NCBI GenBank assembly: GCA_945866135.1 | Contig: CAMBGF010000001.1 | Coordinates: forward strand, 24,805-88,804 | Source: Bifidobacterium breve | GTDB lineage: Bacteria; Actinomycetota; Actinomycetes; S36-B12; UBA5976 | Direction: 5' to 3' | Length of the DNA stretch: 64,000 nucleotides | Part shown: piece after piece, positions 61,050 through 64,000 of the stretch | Layout of the letters: the number at the start of each line of letters is the position of its first letter | Numbering within the stretch: position 1 is the first letter of the stretch | Program-made: the position numbers and the translations under genes | The notes under the pieces: generated by a model | Databases searched by the model: none | Told to the model about the DNA's origin: nothing | What the model saw: the letters and a program-made list of their open reading frames with translations, nothing else

Positions 61050-63602
61050 TTAACTTTCGCTTGTTGGCGCGAGTTCGATCGCCAAAGAAATTTGGCCCGC
61101 GGCTTCTGCATAAGTAAAGTCACTTTGAACTCGGCCCGCAGTCTTCAAATCTGCGGCAACAAGTTTTGCTTTTGCTAGAACTTGCGCCGGCGCACTAATA
61201 GTTGCCTTAGTAATCTCCGCTTTCATGGAAACTTTGGCTTCACTTTTGGACTTTCGAAGCTGGAGCAAAATCTCGCCAGAAACTCCAAGCAAAGATGAAT
61301 CGCCATTAAAAGCCCGTAGTGCTTCTGAAGTTGGCCAAGGCGACTTGTGAACTGATTCCTCGTGAGTCCAAGACCAAACTTCTTCCGTTACAAATGGCAA
61401 GAACGGCGCAAAGAGTTTGATCAAGGTGTCCAAAGTAATGGTCAGGGCCGCACGAGCAGATTGCGCTGCGACTTCGCCAGCTAGCCCATAAGAACGGTCC
61501 TTAACTAACTCAAGATGATCATCAGTGAATTCCCAGAAGAATTTTTCTGCTGCTTCCATGGCCTTGGTGTAATTAAATGCTTCAAATGCCTTGGTCGCCT
61601 CATCGACAACATCAGCAAGGGCAGCCAGGAGCGCTTTATCTATTGGTTCGGTAATCGCCTCGGGGGCTGCGCTACCTTGGGTTAAAACAAATTTACTTGC
61701 ATTGAGAATTTTGGTTGCTAAGCGACGACCAATTTTCATTTGGCCTACATCAAAAGCAGTATCTGTTCCAGGACGACCGCTGGCAGCCCAATAGCGCACA
61801 CCATCGCTGCCATGTTCATCCAGTAAATCTAGGGGAGTAACAACATTGCCTTTGGACTTGGACATTTTCTTACGATCTGGATCTAAGATCCAACCAGAAA
61901 TTAAGGCATGCTTCCAAGGCAAAACTTTCTCCTCAAGGTGCGCGCGAACAACTGTGCTAAACAACCAAGTGCGAATAATTTCATGGGCTTGTGGGCGAAC
62001 ATCAAATGGCCAAACTCGACTCCACAAGTCCTCATCAAATCCCCAGCCACCTGCAATTTGTGGTGTCAGCGATGAGGTTGCCCAAGTGTCCATAACATCA
62101 GGGTCACCCATAAATCCACCGGGAACTCCACGCTGCGCTTCGGTATAGCCAGCGGGAACATCTGTCGAAGGATCAATGGGAAGCGCGGCAACATCTGGAA
62201 CCAGAATTTTGTCCCACATTGGATTTCCATCAGCAGCTAGGCCGTACCAAACGGGAACTGGCACACCAAAAAATCGTTGTCGTGAAATTAGCCAGTCGCC
62301 ATTAAGTCCTTCAACCCAGTTTTCGTAACGCACTTTCATGTGATCTGGGTGCCACTTAATGCTGCGACCGCGATCCACTAACTCAGTTCGCAACGGTGCA
62401 TCACGGCCACCATTGCGGATGTACCACTGTCGAGTCGTCACGATTTCAAGGGGCTTATCGCCTTTTTCAAAGAATTTAACGGGATGAACTATTGCGCGAA
62501 TTTCGCCGTGTAGATCCCCAGATTCCTTAAGCAGTTCTGCCATCTTTTCCTTGGCGGAGTGCGCAGTTAGGCCAGCAATTGCGGAATAAGCATTCTGACC
62601 GAGTTCACCAGAAATCCAGTCTGGAATTTCCGAAATGATTCGACCATCCCAGCCAATTATTGGCCGAGTTGGTAGTTGAAGTTCGCGCCACCAGGTCACG
62701 TCAGTGGTATCACCAAAAGTACAAATCATTGCAATTCCAGATCCCTTTTCTGGATCTGCGAGCGTGTGGGCAACTACTGGAACTTCCACTCCAAAAATTG
62801 GTGAAGTGACAGTGGTTCCAAATAGTGGCTTGTAACGATCATCATCGGGATGAGCAACTAGAGCAACACAGGCTGGAAGTAATTCCGGGCGAGTTGTCTC
62901 AATAAATATTGGCTCGCCATCTGGCTTATGGAATGAAATGCGATGGTAGGCACCTGGGCGCTCCCGATCTTCCAATTCAGCTTGCGCAACGGCAGTTCTA
63001 AAAGTTACATCCCAGAGCGTAGGTGCTTCACTTTGATAAGCCTCGTTGCGCTCAAGATTATTTAGGAACATGCGCTGGGAAACACTACGCGCACGTGCAT
63101 CAATGGTTTGGTAGGTAAGTTTCCAATCGACGCTAGTTCCGAGTCGGCGCCAAAGTTCTTCAAAAGCTTTTTCATCTTCAATTGTTAATTGGACACAAAG
63201 TTCCACAAAGTTTCGGCGGGAAATCGGTAACTGATCTTTACCTGGTTCTGCTGGGGGCGCGAAGTTTGGATCATAGGGAAGTGATGGATCACATCGCACG
63301 CCAAAGTAATTCTGAACTCGACGTTCAGTTGGCAAGCCGTTGTCATCCCATCCCATTGGGTAAAAAACCGACTTACCATTCATTCGCTGATAACGAGCTA
63401 CACAATCTATATGCGTGTAGGAGAACACATGGCCCACGTGAAGTGAGCCACTAACAGTTGGCGGCGGTGTATCAATACTAAAAACGTTTTCGCGAGTTGC
63501 GCTGCGGTCAAAGGAGTAGGTGCCAGCTTCGTCCCAGGCCTGCATCCACTTTGATTCCAAGCCGTCGAGTGTTGGCTTTTCCGGCATTCGTTGCGCGCTC
63601 AT
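61050..63602 (-). CDS. valS: Valine--tRNA ligase (start moved to 63602)
   Basis: DTPPPTVSGSLHVGH, ETTRPE, DWLISRQR, KMSKS. Confidence 0.96.
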   Translation of the reverse strand: MSAQRMPEKPTLDGLESKWMQAWDEAGTYSFDRSATRENVFSIDTPPPTVSGSLHVGHVFSYTHIDCVARYQRMNGKSVFYPMGWDDNGLPTERRVQNYFGVRCDPSLPYDPNFAPPAEPGKDQLPISRRNFVELCVQLTIEDEKAFEELWRRLGTSVDWKLTYQTIDARARSVSQRMFLNNLERNEAYQSEAPTLWDVTFRTAVAQAELEDRERPGAYHRISFHKPDGEPIFIETTRPELLPACVALVAHPDDDRYKPLFGTTVTSPIFGVEVPVVAHTLADPEKGSGIAMICTFGDTTDVTWWRELQLPTRPIIGWDGRIISEIPDWISGELGQNAYSAIAGLTAHSAKEKMAELLKESGDLHGEIRAIVHPVKFFEKGDKPLEIVTTRQWYIRNGGRDAPLRTELVDRGRSIKWHPDHMKVRYENWVEGLNGDWLISRQRFFGVPVPVWYGLAADGNPMWDKILVPDVAALPIDPSTDVPAGYTEAQRGVPGGFMGDPDVMDTWATSSLTPQIAGGWGFDEDLWSRVWPFDVRPQAHEIIRTWLFSTVVRAHLEEKVLPWKHALISGWILDPDRKKMSKSKGNVVTPLDLLDEHGSDGVRYWAASGRPGTDTAFDVGQMKIGRRLATKILNASKFVLTQGSAAPEAITEPIDKALLAALADVVDEATKAFEAFNYTKAMEAAEKFFWEFTDDHLELVKDRSYGLAGEVAAQSARAALTITLDTLIKLFAPFLPFVTEEVWSWTHEESVHKSPWPTSEALRAFNGDSSLLGVSGEILLQLRKSKSEAKVSMKAEITKATISAPAQVLAKAKLVAADLKTAGRVQSDFTYAEAAGQISLAIELAPTSES

Positions 63603-63644
63603 GAACCCTAATCTTAGACAATCGCAGCCACTTAGAATGAATCT

Positions 63645-64000
63645 ATGACTTTGCCAGATCACCAAGAGCTTGCGCGCGTGGTGGAGGTCTTGGAATCTCG
63701 TTGGCCGGAGACCAAAATCGAACCAAGTTTGGATCGAATTAGCCATTTAATGACACTTTTAGGCGATCCACAGTTCGCTTATCCAGTTATTCACGTGACT
63801 GGAACAAATGGTAAAACTTCAACAGCGCGCATGATTGAATCTTTACTCAGAGCACTCGGACTGCGAACTGGATTAGTAACTAGTCCACACTTGCACCAAG
63901 TCAGTGAACGTATCCGACTTAATGGCGACCCGATTCCAGCAGCTAAGTTTGTGGAAATTTATGACGAGTTAGAGCCTTACTTAGCAATTGTGGACAGTGA
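63645..64000 (+). CDS. folC: Folylpolyglutamate synthase/dihydrofolate synthase, N-terminal part
   Basis: Hand translation MTLPDHQ...RWPETKIEPSLDRI..LLGDPQ..HVTGTNGKTS..TSPHL; runs off the window. Confidence 0.93.
   Translation, partial: MTLPDHQELARVVEVLESRWPETKIEPSLDRISHLMTLLGDPQFAYPVIHVTGTNGKTSTARMIESLLRALGLRTGLVTSPHLHQVSERIRLNGDPIPAAKFVEIYDELEPYLAIVDS

Noticed and set aside
436..63454. Many 60-180 aa antisense or frame-shifted ORFs in the supplied track
   Set aside because: They overlap well-supported genes or tRNAs and show no family motifs; treated as shadow ORFs

Overview
Gene-dense chromosomal window from a moderately low-GC (roughly 45-50% by eye) actinobacterium, judged from the orn/tRNA-His ... 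ettA-glbO-pepN-rpiB-tRNA-Gly/Pro-tig-clpP1P2X-valS-folC backbone, a ClgR box and many leaderless genes. The left half (about 5-38.6 kb) is one contiguous methylated-amine/C1 cluster. It holds a betaine-type ABC transporter, betA/betB, a non-pyrrolysine MttB-family methyltransferase, a corrinoid protein, a pterin-binding methyltransferase, an ASKHA corrinoid reactivase, DUF1638, a MetV-like protein and MetF. It also holds dimethylglycine oxidase, soxBDAG, folD, fhs, NAD-dependent formate dehydrogenase fdsGBAD with moeA/mobA/fdhD, and two IclR regulators with visible operators. Read together, it suggests a B12-dependent, acetogen-style glycine betaine demethylation joined to O2-dependent oxidases, with the methyl groups oxidised via THF and formate to CO2. 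The right half is core backbone with small insertions (higBA, FeS photolyase, mgsA, copper amine oxidase) and four tRNAs. No CRISPR array, integrase or transposase was seen. All functional calls come from motif recognition, not database searches.
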